The position numbers were made by a program, and so were the translations under genes. Under the pieces are notes generated by a model. The model worked only from the letters and a program-made list of their open reading frames with translations. It was not told the DNA's origin and did no database searches. Positions 17,414 to 26,754 of a stretch of DNA of 46,086 nt are shown here, piece after piece. Position 1 is the stretch's first letter. Each line of letters opens with the position of its first letter. This DNA comes from Candidatus Nomurabacteria bacterium RIFCSPLOWO2_01_FULL_33_24 (GTDB lineage Bacteria > Patescibacteriota > Minisyncoccia > Phycocordibacterales > MFUP01). The DNA lies in the NCBI GenBank assembly GCA_001785735.1, contig MFUP01000008.1, positions 1 to 46,086 on the forward strand. Direction: 5' to 3'.

Positions 17414-19657
17414 ATGAAATTAAAAAGTATAGAACTTCTAGGGTTTAAATCTTTTGCTAAAAAAACAGTTATCAAATTTGATAACCCCATTGTCTCAATT
17501 GTTGGTCCTAATGGTTCTGGAAAATCAAATATTGCCGAAGGAATTAGTTTTGTTTTAGGAGAACAATCAATAAAATCTCTTCGAGGGAAATCAGGAGCTG
17601 ATCTTATTTTTAAGGGCTCAAAAAATTTAAGTCATTTTAATAAAGCCTCTGTCTCAGTTGTTTTTGATAATAAAGATAAAAAATTTACTCTAGCTAGTGC
17701 GGATTCTAAAAAAGAAATAAAACTAGATTATAACCAAATTACTATTAGTCGAGAAGTTTATCGTGATGGAATAAATCGTTATTTAATCAATGGGAGCGAA
17801 GTTCGTCTAAAAGATATTTTATCTGTTTTAGCTTCGGTTAATGTCGGAAGTTCTGGACACCAGATTATTTCACAAGGAGAAGCTGATCGAATTTTAAATT
17901 CCTCATTAAAAGATCGTCGAGAGATGATAGAAGATTCACTAGGTCTTAAAGTTTACCAATATCGTTTAAAAGAAAGCGAAAGAAAACTGGAGAAAACAAA
18001 AAACAATATTAAGGAAGCTCAATCATTACGTCGGGAAATTGCTCCTTATATAAATTTCTTAAAAAAACAAGTTGAGAAAGTGGAAAAAACTGAAAAAATG
18101 AGAACAGAACTAGAATTACTTTATAAAGAATATTTTAAAAAAGAAGAAAATTATATTGAGAAAGAAAAAAACATATTGAACCAAGAAAAAAAAATTATTA
18201 ACCAGAAATTAGAAAAAATAACCAAAGCTCTTGAAGAAACAAAAAAAGAAGAGAAAAATAATTTTATCCCCGAGCAAGAACAACTACAACCAACAGAAGA
18301 AAAAATTCAAAAAATCCGTATTTTAAAAGATGAATTATCAAGAAAACTTGGAAGAATTGAAGGAAGGCTAGAGATTAATTCTAAAAATCTTGTTGTTTTG
18401 CCAGTATCTATGGAAGAAATTGATGTTTTTATTTCTGATTTACAAGATTATCTCGATCAAGCTTTATTAGGAAATGAACTCCAGGAAGTGTTTGATATTT
18501 TGGAAAGAATAAAAGTTTTAGTTGATCAGTTTAACCCGTCTCTTAAGGATGAAAAACCAACTAATTATAAAAATGATGAATTAATTAAAACTAAAAATGA
18601 TATTTTAAAGGAATTAAGCGCCTTAGAAGCTGAAGAAAAAAAATTTTACCAATTAATAAAAGAATTTAGAACGACAATAGATAGAAAAAGGATGGATGAA
18701 AGGGAAGAAGAAAAAGAGCAATTTAAATTAAAAATAGAAGAAAAAGATATCAAATCTCAAGATAATTTAATAAGTATTCAAGAGGACAATTTATATAAAA
18801 CAGAAGTTAATTTCAAAGAAGAGATAAGAGAAGCAGAGGTATTAATTGGTCCAGTTATTTTTTCTTATAAAAAATTTAAACTCTTGATTGAATCTGAAAA
18901 TGAAAGCAGAGAAATTCAAGAAATTAGAAGAAAAAAAATAGAAAGGATTAAAATAAGATTAGAAGATATTGGAAGTATTGGAAGTAGTGAAGTAATAAAA
19001 GAATATCAAGAAGTAGCCGAAAGGGATGAATTCTTATCAAAAGAAATTGAGGATTTGAATAAAAGTGTTGAATCTTTGAAAATTTTAATAAAAGAATTGA
19101 AAGAAAAAATAGATGGAGAATTTAAAGAGGGGATTGATAAAATAAATAAACAATTCCAGAAATTCTTTGAGTTAATGTTTGGAGGAGGAAAAGCAAGTTT
19201 GTCAGTTATTAATGCCTCAAATAGAAAAAAAAAACAACAAGACGAAGAAGATATAGAGTTTAAAAATATTCCAACTTTAATTGAAGAAGAAGGGGAAATA
19301 GAACAAGGAATTGATATTAATGTTTCTCTTCCTCGAAAAAAATCAAAGGATCTCCATATGTTTTCTGGCGGGGAGCGCTCTTTAACTTCTATTGCTTTAT
19401 TATTTGCAATTTCACAAGTTAACCCTCCGCCATTCTTGATTTTGGATGAAACAGACGCTGCTCTTGACGAAGCTAACTCTAGAAAATATGGAGATATGGT
19501 GGAAAATTTATCTAAACATTCTCAACTTATTCTGATTACCCATAATCGAGAAACAATGTCTCGATCTCATGTTTTATATGGGGTAACTATTGGAATAGAC
19601 GGAGCCTCTAAACTTCTTTCAGTTAATCTCTCTCAAGCCGTTCAAATAGCGAAATAA
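17414..19657 (+). CDS. smc: short SMC-family ATPase (no recognisable hinge)
   Basis: GFKSF, GPNGSGKSN, ISQGE, FSGGE and LDETDAALD motifs; 747 aa. Confidence 0.85.
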   Translation: MKLKSIELLGFKSFAKKTVIKFDNPIVSIVGPNGSGKSNIAEGISFVLGEQSIKSLRGKSGADLIFKGSKNLSHFNKASVSVVFDNKDKKFTLASADSKKEIKLDYNQITISREVYRDGINRYLINGSEVRLKDILSVLASVNVGSSGHQIISQGEADRILNSSLKDRREMIEDSLGLKVYQYRLKESERKLEKTKNNIKEAQSLRREIAPYINFLKKQVEKVEKTEKMRTELELLYKEYFKKEENYIEKEKNILNQEKKIINQKLEKITKALEETKKEEKNNFIPEQEQLQPTEEKIQKIRILKDELSRKLGRIEGRLEINSKNLVVLPVSMEEIDVFISDLQDYLDQALLGNELQEVFDILERIKVLVDQFNPSLKDEKPTNYKNDELIKTKNDILKELSALEAEEKKFYQLIKEFRTTIDRKRMDEREEEKEQFKLKIEEKDIKSQDNLISIQEDNLYKTEVNFKEEIREAEVLIGPVIFSYKKFKLLIESENESREIQEIRRKKIERIKIRLEDIGSIGSSEVIKEYQEVAERDEFLSKEIEDLNKSVESLKILIKELKEKIDGEFKEGIDKINKQFQKFFELMFGGGKASLSVINASNRKKKQQDEEDIEFKNIPTLIEEEGEIEQGIDINVSLPRKKSKDLHMFSGGERSLTSIALLFAISQVNPPPFLILDETDAALDEANSRKYGDMVENLSKHSQLILITHNRETMSRSHVLYGVTIGIDGASKLLSVNLSQAVQIAK

Positions 19658-19669
19658 ATTTAAATAATT

Positions 19670-22504
19670 TTATTCGATAGTAATAATCGGCGGGGAGATT
19701 TCTCCGTTTTTAGATATAATAACGGAATTTTGGGCGAAGTCTTCTTTCGAGAGGTTATTAATTTGCGAAATAGCTTCGTCTGTTTTGCTAATTTTAGGAT
19801 GACCATCAGAATCAATTTTAATGGGAATTATTTTCCCATTATTCCATTCGCCATTGTTTTTTAAAGATATCATTAACATCGCTGATGTTTCTAATGATTT
19901 ATCCCATCTAGAACTCTTGTCTCCAGCAAAATTGCCTAGTGAATAAGCAATAAGTTTTCCATTATAAAATTCCATCCCTCTTAAAATATGAGGACCAGAG
20001 CCAACTACTAAATCAGCTCCCGAATCAACAGCCACCCGGGCAGCTTTTCTCAAATTACCTCTGTCTTCATCCAAATAAAACTCATTACTATCAGGGATAT
20101 TTCCTTTATCTACCCCCTCCGCTCCCCCATGGAAGAGAGCGATTACTAAGTCAGCTTGTTTCTTGGCTTGTTTTATTAAATTTTCTATCTCATTATAATC
20201 TAATAATGAAGCGGATCTTGGACTTGTGGAAAATCCAACAATAGCAATGTCAAAATTGTCAATTTTTTTTGTGATAATATTTTTATCTCTTACAGAACTT
20301 AGGCCAGATCTATCTAAAACACTGATAGTATTTAAATAACCATCTTGCCCATAATCAAAATTATGATTATTAGATAGATTTATAACATCAAAGCCAGCTT
20401 GACTTAACTCATTAGCAAAAGAGGGAGATCCACGAAAAGTAAAACAAGTCTCTTTATTGAAATACTCATAGTCACATTTTGATGTGCCATTGTCGGTCAA
20501 GACTCCTTCAAGATTTCCAATCATGATATCTGGCTCTTTTAATACACTTTTTACATCACTAAAAATATCTTCTCCTAATTGGGTCTCCTTATTTGGAAAT
20601 GGAAAAATATCTCCCACCCAACCAATCTCAATACTTATTTCTCCCTTTTTATCATTGATTGTATTTTTTAAGAATAAATTAACAACATCTTCTGGGGGTG
20701 TTATTATCTCTGAACTTGTTAAACTAGGTTGATAAAATTGATTTAATTGAACAGTTTTTTTGATAATTTGTTTTATTTTTTTTTCTTCAATCTCTATTTC
20801 CAACATTAATCCTTTCATTGTTTTATCAGAGAAATATTGATCAAAAATAAAATTACCTAAACTATAAGCAATTATTCCACCATTATAAAATTCAGTTGCT
20901 TGTTCAACATGGGGATGATGGCCGATTATAATTTTAGCTCCGGAATCAATTGCTAAATGAGCTAATTTTTCTTGACGTTCATTATATTCAACATATTCAT
21001 CCCCAAAATGAAATGTTACCACTAATAAGTCTACCTGCTGACTTGCCCCCCTTATTGTCTCAGTAAAATCAAGACTGCGAGTTAAAAGAATTCCTGGTTT
21101 TTCTCCTTCAACCTTCATCCAATCAGGACCAACATCTGAAAAACCAAGAAAACCGATTTTTAAATCATTAACATTAATAATTTTTGGTCTTTTGGCTTCG
21201 GTTTCATTTAAACCACCACCAACGGCTAAAATATTACTCTCCTCAAATCTGGCTAATGTATCTTCAAAAGCCTCTTGTCCCCAATCGCCAGCATGATTAT
21301 TAGCTACTGACAACACATCAAAACCAGCCTTATCTAAAGTTGAAATTGTTTCTGGATTCATTCGAAAAGAATAAAGATTTCCCAAATCTTTTCCTTTATC
21401 GGAAACAGGTCCTTCCAAATTACCAAAAAGAATATCAGCCTTTTTCAAATATTCCATATTTTCAAACAAAAACATTTGGTTATCAAGAAAGTTTTTTTGG
21501 ATGGACATTTTTACTCCTCTATCCATCATAATGTCTCCGACAAACATAAGACTAGCTTTGCCACTTCTGTTTTCGTCAGCTTCTAAAATATTTTCTTTTA
21601 AAACTACAAGGCTAACCCCGTCATCTCCCCGTTCACCGTAATAAATATTATCTTTTAAATAAGAAAGAATAGTTTCAACATCTTTTATTCGATTAGTACT
21701 TTGGAGTAAAATAAGAGCAATTTCCCTATCTTTTTCTGAGGGCATTTCAAAAATAGATACTAAGGTTCTTTGAGCGGCGCTAGTATATCCAGTTTTTCCT
21801 CCAAGAAAATCCTTTTTTTGAGCAAGTCCATTAATATTTATCCAATTATCATTGCCAACTTTTACCGTAGTATTATTAGTTATTTCAAATATATAGTTTT
21901 CGTTTTTTCTGAGATAACGGGCAAATTTAAATAAATCAGAGGCAGTAGAAATGTTAGAACTAGATAAACCACTCGGGTCTTTAAAGGCGGTATTAAAAAG
22001 ACCAAGGGAGGCCGCTTTTTGATTCATTTTTATTATAAAGTTGTCTCTTCCTTCGTTTCTTGCTATTTTTTCAGCGGTAGAATTACTTGATTTTAAGAGT
22101 AGGGGATAAAGTAATTCATTGTCTTTGTCTGACAAAGAGGCTGTCATTAATTTTGAGACAGAAGCGATTGGAAAAGTTTCATTAATATTTTTACTTAAAA
22201 TAATTTCACCAGTTTCTAAATCCCCAACTAAATAAACAAGAGCGCTAACCTCAAGCGATTTATCGGGGTCTTTGGCAAAATAATCTAAGGGTGGTTCTGT
22301 TTTTTTGCTTGCTTGGGGGGGAGAAATTTGATCTTTTAAAATATCTTTTTTGACCAAGTTTTGTTTTAGTTCATTTATTTTTGAATCAGCAAATGAATAA
22401 ACAGTATTTCCTCCCTTGGCTAATAAAAAAACAATTAAAATTCCAATTATTATAGCCAAGATCACCCAAACCCCATGATGAATTATTTTTTTAGTTATTT
22501 GCAT
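19670..22504 (-). CDS. D-Ala-D-Ala carboxypeptidase (S11) fused to two CapA-family metallophosphatase domains
   Basis: N-terminal TM; SVSK, SSN and KTG motifs; two copies of GD/GNLEG/NNH/HxG/YSLGNF. Confidence 0.88.
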   Translation of the reverse strand: MQITKKIIHHGVWVILAIIIGILIVFLLAKGGNTVYSFADSKINELKQNLVKKDILKDQISPPQASKKTEPPLDYFAKDPDKSLEVSALVYLVGDLETGEIILSKNINETFPIASVSKLMTASLSDKDNELLYPLLLKSSNSTAEKIARNEGRDNFIIKMNQKAASLGLFNTAFKDPSGLSSSNISTASDLFKFARYLRKNENYIFEITNNTTVKVGNDNWININGLAQKKDFLGGKTGYTSAAQRTLVSIFEMPSEKDREIALILLQSTNRIKDVETILSYLKDNIYYGERGDDGVSLVVLKENILEADENRSGKASLMFVGDIMMDRGVKMSIQKNFLDNQMFLFENMEYLKKADILFGNLEGPVSDKGKDLGNLYSFRMNPETISTLDKAGFDVLSVANNHAGDWGQEAFEDTLARFEESNILAVGGGLNETEAKRPKIINVNDLKIGFLGFSDVGPDWMKVEGEKPGILLTRSLDFTETIRGASQQVDLLVVTFHFGDEYVEYNERQEKLAHLAIDSGAKIIIGHHPHVEQATEFYNGGIIAYSLGNFIFDQYFSDKTMKGLMLEIEIEEKKIKQIIKKTVQLNQFYQPSLTSSEIITPPEDVVNLFLKNTINDKKGEISIEIGWVGDIFPFPNKETQLGEDIFSDVKSVLKEPDIMIGNLEGVLTDNGTSKCDYEYFNKETCFTFRGSPSFANELSQAGFDVINLSNNHNFDYGQDGYLNTISVLDRSGLSSVRDKNIITKKIDNFDIAIVGFSTSPRSASLLDYNEIENLIKQAKKQADLVIALFHGGAEGVDKGNIPDSNEFYLDEDRGNLRKAARVAVDSGADLVVGSGPHILRGMEFYNGKLIAYSLGNFAGDKSSRWDKSLETSAMLMISLKNNGEWNNGKIIPIKIDSDGHPKISKTDEAISQINNLSKEDFAQNSVIISKNGEISPPIITIE

Positions 22505-22505
22505 A

Positions 22506-24404
22506 CTAAACAAAATTATAATCTATAATTCTTCTTTTTAAATCAGTAGCGATAACTTTTATTTTTACCTGACTGCCGATTTTATATTTTTTTTCATCAA
22601 TATTTCTTAATTTTACCATTCCTTCGCACTTGGTTTCTTTTTCTTCAACATAAATACCCCAGTTAGTAATACTAGTAATAACTCCATTAAATACTTTACC
22701 AAGATGATAGGACATATATTCAACTTGCTTGTATTTTATCGAAGCCCATTGAGCTTCTTGAGCCTCTTTTTCTCTTTCTGATGAGATATTAGATATTTTT
22801 TCATAATATTTCCAATCTTCTTTATTTAGTCTTTTTCCTTCTAAATAATTATTTAATAATCGATGAACAATTATATCTGGATAACGACGAATAGGAGAAG
22901 TAAAGTGGGTATAATGATTAAAAGCCAATCCATAATGACCGATATTTTTAGTTGAGTAAATCGCTTTTGCCATTGAGCGAATAATAATTGTTTGGATAGC
23001 GTCAGCCTCTGGTTTATTATTTAAGCTTTTAAGAATATTGTTTATTTCTTTTGAAGGAATCATTCCGTTTATCATTTTAAACTTATACCCAAATCCTCTT
23101 AAAAAATCAGCCAATTCATTCATTTTTTCCTTGTTGGGTTTATCATGGATACGGTAAACAAAAAGATTTTTTTGGTTTTTTTTATCAACAAAACATTCAG
23201 CTACTTTTCTATTAGCTAAAAGCATAAATTCCTCAATTAACTTATTAGTATCGCCACGGACTTTTTTCTCAATTTTTATAGGGACTCCTTTTTTATCAAG
23301 AGTAAATCCTACTTCTTCTTTATCAAGATCAATTGATCCTTCGTTAAATCTTTTTTCCCTTAATTTTTTTGCTAATTTATTAATAATATCTAACTCTCTG
23401 TAAAACTTTCCGATTTTTTCATTTAAATTTTTCTGAGCTTCTTTATAAGTAAATCTTTTTTGAGAATGAATTATTGTTTTTCCAAACCACTTTTCTAAAA
23501 TATTCCCAGTACTATCTAAAATAAAAACAGCCCCGAAAGTTAATCGGTCTTCGTTTGGTTTTAAACTACAAAGATCATTAGATAACACCTCAGGAAGCAT
23601 CGGGATAGTTCTGTCAACCAAATAAACAGAAGTGGCTCTTTTTAGAGCCTCTTTATCTAAAACTGAATCTGCTTTGACATAATAAGAAACATCGGCAATG
23701 TGAATTCCTATTTCATATTTATTCTTCTCCAATTCTTTGAAAGAAAGAGCATCATCAAAGTCTTTTGCGTCATCCGGGTCAATAGTGAAGGTTAATGTTT
23801 TTCTAAAATCTTTTCGTTTTCCTATTTCTATTTCAGTTTGTGAAGTATTTTGAGATTGTTGAAAGATTAAGTTTACTGATTCTTCCACTGGAATAGGGAA
23901 TTGTTCAGAAAATCCTTTTTCTAAAGCAATTGCTTGCATCTCTGCCTCGTTTTCTTGTGGTTTCCCTAAAATTTTTATTATTTCTCCAATAGGATATCTA
24001 TTTGGTTTCCAATCAACTATTTTTCCAAAAATCAAATCACCAATTTTTCCTTTTTTCAATTTATCTACAGGAATAAAAATATTGGCGTACATTTTTTGGT
24101 TATTAGGAATTAAAAAGAAATTACCATTCTTTTTTTCTAAAACACCAGCAAAACCAACATTGGATCTTTTTGTTATTTCTATTATTTCGCCACTTTTTCT
24201 TCGCCCTCCTTTTTTAGAATGAAGTAAAATTTTTACTTTATCTTTATGAAGAGCGGTATTTAAAAGATTAGGAGCTATTTCTATATCATCTTCTAATTGA
24301 TCAACCTCAACATAACCCACCCCCTTAGAAGTCAAAAAAAGTGTTCCCTCGAGATATTTTGATTCCCTAATTGTTTTCCTTTTGGGTCTTGTTTTTCTCT
24401 TCAT
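22506..24404 (-). CDS. rnr: ribonuclease R / RNB-family exoribonuclease
   Basis: TIDPDDAKDFDDA, HIADVS and HFTSPIRRYPD motifs, with an S1 tail. Confidence 0.93.
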   Translation of the reverse strand: MKRKTRPKRKTIRESKYLEGTLFLTSKGVGYVEVDQLEDDIEIAPNLLNTALHKDKVKILLHSKKGGRRKSGEIIEITKRSNVGFAGVLEKKNGNFFLIPNNQKMYANIFIPVDKLKKGKIGDLIFGKIVDWKPNRYPIGEIIKILGKPQENEAEMQAIALEKGFSEQFPIPVEESVNLIFQQSQNTSQTEIEIGKRKDFRKTLTFTIDPDDAKDFDDALSFKELEKNKYEIGIHIADVSYYVKADSVLDKEALKRATSVYLVDRTIPMLPEVLSNDLCSLKPNEDRLTFGAVFILDSTGNILEKWFGKTIIHSQKRFTYKEAQKNLNEKIGKFYRELDIINKLAKKLREKRFNEGSIDLDKEEVGFTLDKKGVPIKIEKKVRGDTNKLIEEFMLLANRKVAECFVDKKNQKNLFVYRIHDKPNKEKMNELADFLRGFGYKFKMINGMIPSKEINNILKSLNNKPEADAIQTIIIRSMAKAIYSTKNIGHYGLAFNHYTHFTSPIRRYPDIIVHRLLNNYLEGKRLNKEDWKYYEKISNISSEREKEAQEAQWASIKYKQVEYMSYHLGKVFNGVITSITNWGIYVEEKETKCEGMVKLRNIDEKKYKIGSQVKIKVIATDLKRRIIDYNFV

Positions 24405-24523
24405 TACTTGAATATAGCACAAAAAACTCTATTTTATCGATATGTTGACTATTATTTTTAGGAAAGAATTGTTTTTTAGTAATGAAGTTGATATTTTAGT
24501 AGAGATTTGGTAGTATGATTTCT

Positions 24524-24874
24524 ATGTTAAAGATTAGATTACAAAGAATAGGAAAAATAAACCAAGCTCATTTTCGGGTGGTGGTGGCTGATTCCAAAAT
24601 TGGGCCAAAAAGCGGGAAGTTTTTAGAGATCCTTGGTTTTTATAATCCAAAAACAAAAGACCTTAATTTAAAAGAAGACAGAATTAAACATTGGATGTCT
24701 CATGGAGCTCAGGTTTCTGACACAGTTCATAATTTTTTAATTGATAAAAAAATTATTCAAGGAAAGAAAATAAATGTTCTTCCTAGAAAAAGTTCTACCC
24801 TGAAGAAAAAAGAAATAAAAGCTGGACCCAAAGTAGAAACTCCAGCACCCAAAGGGGCCGAAAAAAACAAGTAA
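24524..24874 (+). CDS. rpsP: 30S ribosomal protein S16
   Basis: MLKIRLQRIGK...GAQVSDTV. Confidence 0.96.
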   Translation: MLKIRLQRIGKINQAHFRVVVADSKIGPKSGKFLEILGFYNPKTKDLNLKEDRIKHWMSHGAQVSDTVHNFLIDKKIIQGKKINVLPRKSSTLKKKEIKAGPKVETPAPKGAEKNK

Positions 24875-24976
24875 GGATTGACTTTTAAAAAAGAATAGAA
24901 TATAATATACAATAGCTGTACTATTATAAAGTCGAGATAGTGCACTTAATTAAAAGATAAGTTGGATGATAGAAAA

Positions 24977-25291
24977 ATGGAGCTAGATCAAGAATTTCTT
25001 GAGTACGTTGTTAAGTCTCTAGTCGACAATCCAAAGAATGTCAAAGTTAACCGAAAGGTTGATGAAATGGGCGTTCTAATGACTCTCGATGTTCATGTAG
25101 ATGACATGGGGAAAATAATTGGGCGACAGGGAAATACAGCCAAAGCTATCCGAACCCTCTTGCGAGTAATTGGAATGAAAAACAATGCTCGAGTTAATCT
25201 GAAGATTAATGAGCCTGAGGGATCCTTAAAACCAGCGGCTGCTAATCCAGCTGAGGCGGTTGATGAAGCGATGGAAGAGCTTAAAAAATAA
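24977..25291 (+). CDS. khpA: KH-domain RNA-binding protein KhpA
   Basis: DMGKIIGRQGNTAKAIRTLL; follows rpsP; TTGACT-17-TATAAT promoter at 24878-24906. Confidence 0.92.
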   Translation: MELDQEFLEYVVKSLVDNPKNVKVNRKVDEMGVLMTLDVHVDDMGKIIGRQGNTAKAIRTLLRVIGMKNNARVNLKINEPEGSLKPAAANPAEAVDEAMEELKK

Positions 25292-25304
25292 ACTCAAATA
25301 TTAT

Positions 25305-25339
25305 AACAAAAACCCCCGCTTTGGCGGGGGTTTTTGTTA
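25305..25339 (+). terminator. intrinsic terminator after khpA
   Basis: AACAAAAACCCCCGC / GCGGGGGTTTTTGTT. Confidence 0.85.
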
Positions 25340-25383
25340 AACAACACCAAAAGTGCTGGCTGGGGAATTATAAACACCGGCTC

Positions 25384-25416
25384 TTGACGCGGAGAGAGAG
25401 AGAGAGAGAGTACTAT
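25384..25416 (+). promoter_or_regulatory. promoter with (GA)9 microsatellite spacer
   Basis: TTGACG(25384-89)-CG(GA)9G-TACTAT(25411-16), giving a 21-nt spacer. Confidence 0.7.
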
Positions 25417-25452
25417 AAGAATATTATTAACTTTAATTATTAATTTAATGAT

Positions 25453-25617
25453 ATGAATGATAAATTTAAAGACCCAGTTTACTTTTCAGAGTTTATACAA
25501 CGACTTAAGGCGGGAAATACATCATCGGAAGAGGACATACAGTTTGAGCAAGCTTTGAAAGAAATGTCGGAAACAATTGAAAGAATTTCATCTCTAGCCA
25601 GAGATATTAAAAGTTAA
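25453..25617 (+). CDS. small hypothetical protein (54 aa), absent from ORF track
   Basis: MNDKFKDPVYFSEFIQRLKAG...LARDIKS, the first ORF after the GA-repeat promoter. Confidence 0.6.
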   Translation: MNDKFKDPVYFSEFIQRLKAGNTSSEEDIQFEQALKEMSETIERISSLARDIKS

Positions 25618-25635
25618 CAGTAAGAAATAAATTTT

Positions 25636-25992
25636 ATGACAAATAATTTTGAAAGAACACCATCCCTAAACGGGAAAAACGAGAAAGAAGCCACGGTGGA
25701 AAAATTAAAAAAAGAGTTGGAAGGGTTGTCTAGACAATACAAAAATTTTAAAAGAGGTATGGTTTTCAATTTAAAAGAGGCCATACCCCTATACCCATTA
25801 CTGGAGTCATTCTCTGACGAAGATTTGAACCAAGATTGGAGAGGCAAAATTACCTCTGGCGTTATTGGTTTAGCCGGAGCTAATATCATACCTGGTTTGT
25901 TTGAGTCCTGTCAAACGGGGGTTGATATGATTAAAACATATAAAGAAATATTAGATAAAAAAAGAGAGCTTAAGCAAAAAGAAAATATTTAA
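25636..25992 (+). CDS. hypothetical protein
   Basis: 118-aa ORF co-oriented with the 54-aa ORF. Confidence 0.65.
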   Translation: MTNNFERTPSLNGKNEKEATVEKLKKELEGLSRQYKNFKRGMVFNLKEAIPLYPLLESFSDEDLNQDWRGKITSGVIGLAGANIIPGLFESCQTGVDMIKTYKEILDKKRELKQKENI

Positions 25993-26081
25993 AAATGCAC
26001 CAGATCTTTAGATAAAATGAACATTTCCCGTTTTGACCGGAGTAAGTATGTGAATAAGAAAAAAAATCTGTAATTTTTAAA

Positions 26082-26108
26082 TAATTCAGACAATTCAGAC
26101 AATTCAGA
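26082..26108. repeat. 9-bp tandem repeat x3
   Basis: TAATTCAGA CAATTCAGA CAATTCAGA. Confidence 0.8.
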
Positions 26109-26125
26109 TAATCAAGCAATTGAGT

Positions 26126-26167
26126 AAAATGACACAAGTTCTGCCTAGGCAGAACTTGTGTCATTTT
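26126..26167. repeat. perfect 42-bp palindrome
   Basis: AAAATGACACAAGTTCTGCCT|AGGCAGAACTTGTGTCATTTT. Confidence 0.95.
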
Positions 26168-26190
26168 TGGTTTCAGTATAAAATTACATT

Positions 26191-26670
26191 ATGTCCATAG
26201 TTGGAGAGATTTTAAGAGAGCTTTGGGATAAGGAAATAAAATATAAAGGTATGTCCGTTAATCTTTTCGGTATTCCTCGTTTGGGAATTTATTCAAAAAG
26301 AACCCTACGTTCCACCGTTGACCGTTTGTTTAAGGATAAGTTAGTCAGAAAAGAATTGAACGGTTTTATCATAACCATTAATGGGAAAAAATATTTAAAG
26401 AAAAAAGAAGATTCACTTAAGTCTTTTTCAAAACTTCCCATAAAAGATTCATCTAAAAATCTTTTAGTAATGTTTGACGTGCCGGTGGCTCAAAAAGCCG
26501 AAAGGGAATGGCTTCGTTTTCATTTGAAAAAATTTGGTTATATTATGATTCAAAAAAGCGTATGGGTTGGACCGTCGCCCTTACCCACAGACTTTCTTTT
26601 GTACTTGAAAGAAATAAAACTCAAAAATTACATTAAAACCTTTAAACTTACCAACCCATATAAAAAATGA
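26191..26670 (+). CDS. PaaX-like protein: winged HTH + Cas2-like ferredoxin-fold domain
   Basis: RSTVDRLFKDKLV...ITINGK (wHTH), then LLVMFDVP...REWLRFHLKKFGYIMIQKSVWV. Confidence 0.85.
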   Translation: MSIVGEILRELWDKEIKYKGMSVNLFGIPRLGIYSKRTLRSTVDRLFKDKLVRKELNGFIITINGKKYLKKKEDSLKSFSKLPIKDSSKNLLVMFDVPVAQKAEREWLRFHLKKFGYIMIQKSVWVGPSPLPTDFLLYLKEIKLKNYIKTFKLTNPYKK

Positions 26671-26720
26671 CACATTATAAAAAATGACACATTCTCTGCC
26701 ATAGCGGAGAATGTGTCATT
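26660..26720. repeat. 17-bp tandem duplication plus 17-bp-stem hairpin related to 26126-26167
   Basis: ATAAAAAATGACACATT occurs twice (26660-76, 26677-93). Hairpin AATGACACATTCTCTGC-CATA-GCGGAGAATGTGTCATT spans 26683-26720. Confidence 0.9.
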
Positions 26721-26754
26721 GTGGTTTTTTATTATTTTAGATTATAGTATTTAT

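Noticed and set aside
26082-26720. CRISPR-Cas locus suggested by the Cas2-like domain and repeats
   Set aside because: There is no repeat-spacer periodicity and no cas1 or effector genes; the repeats are two hairpins and short tandem units.
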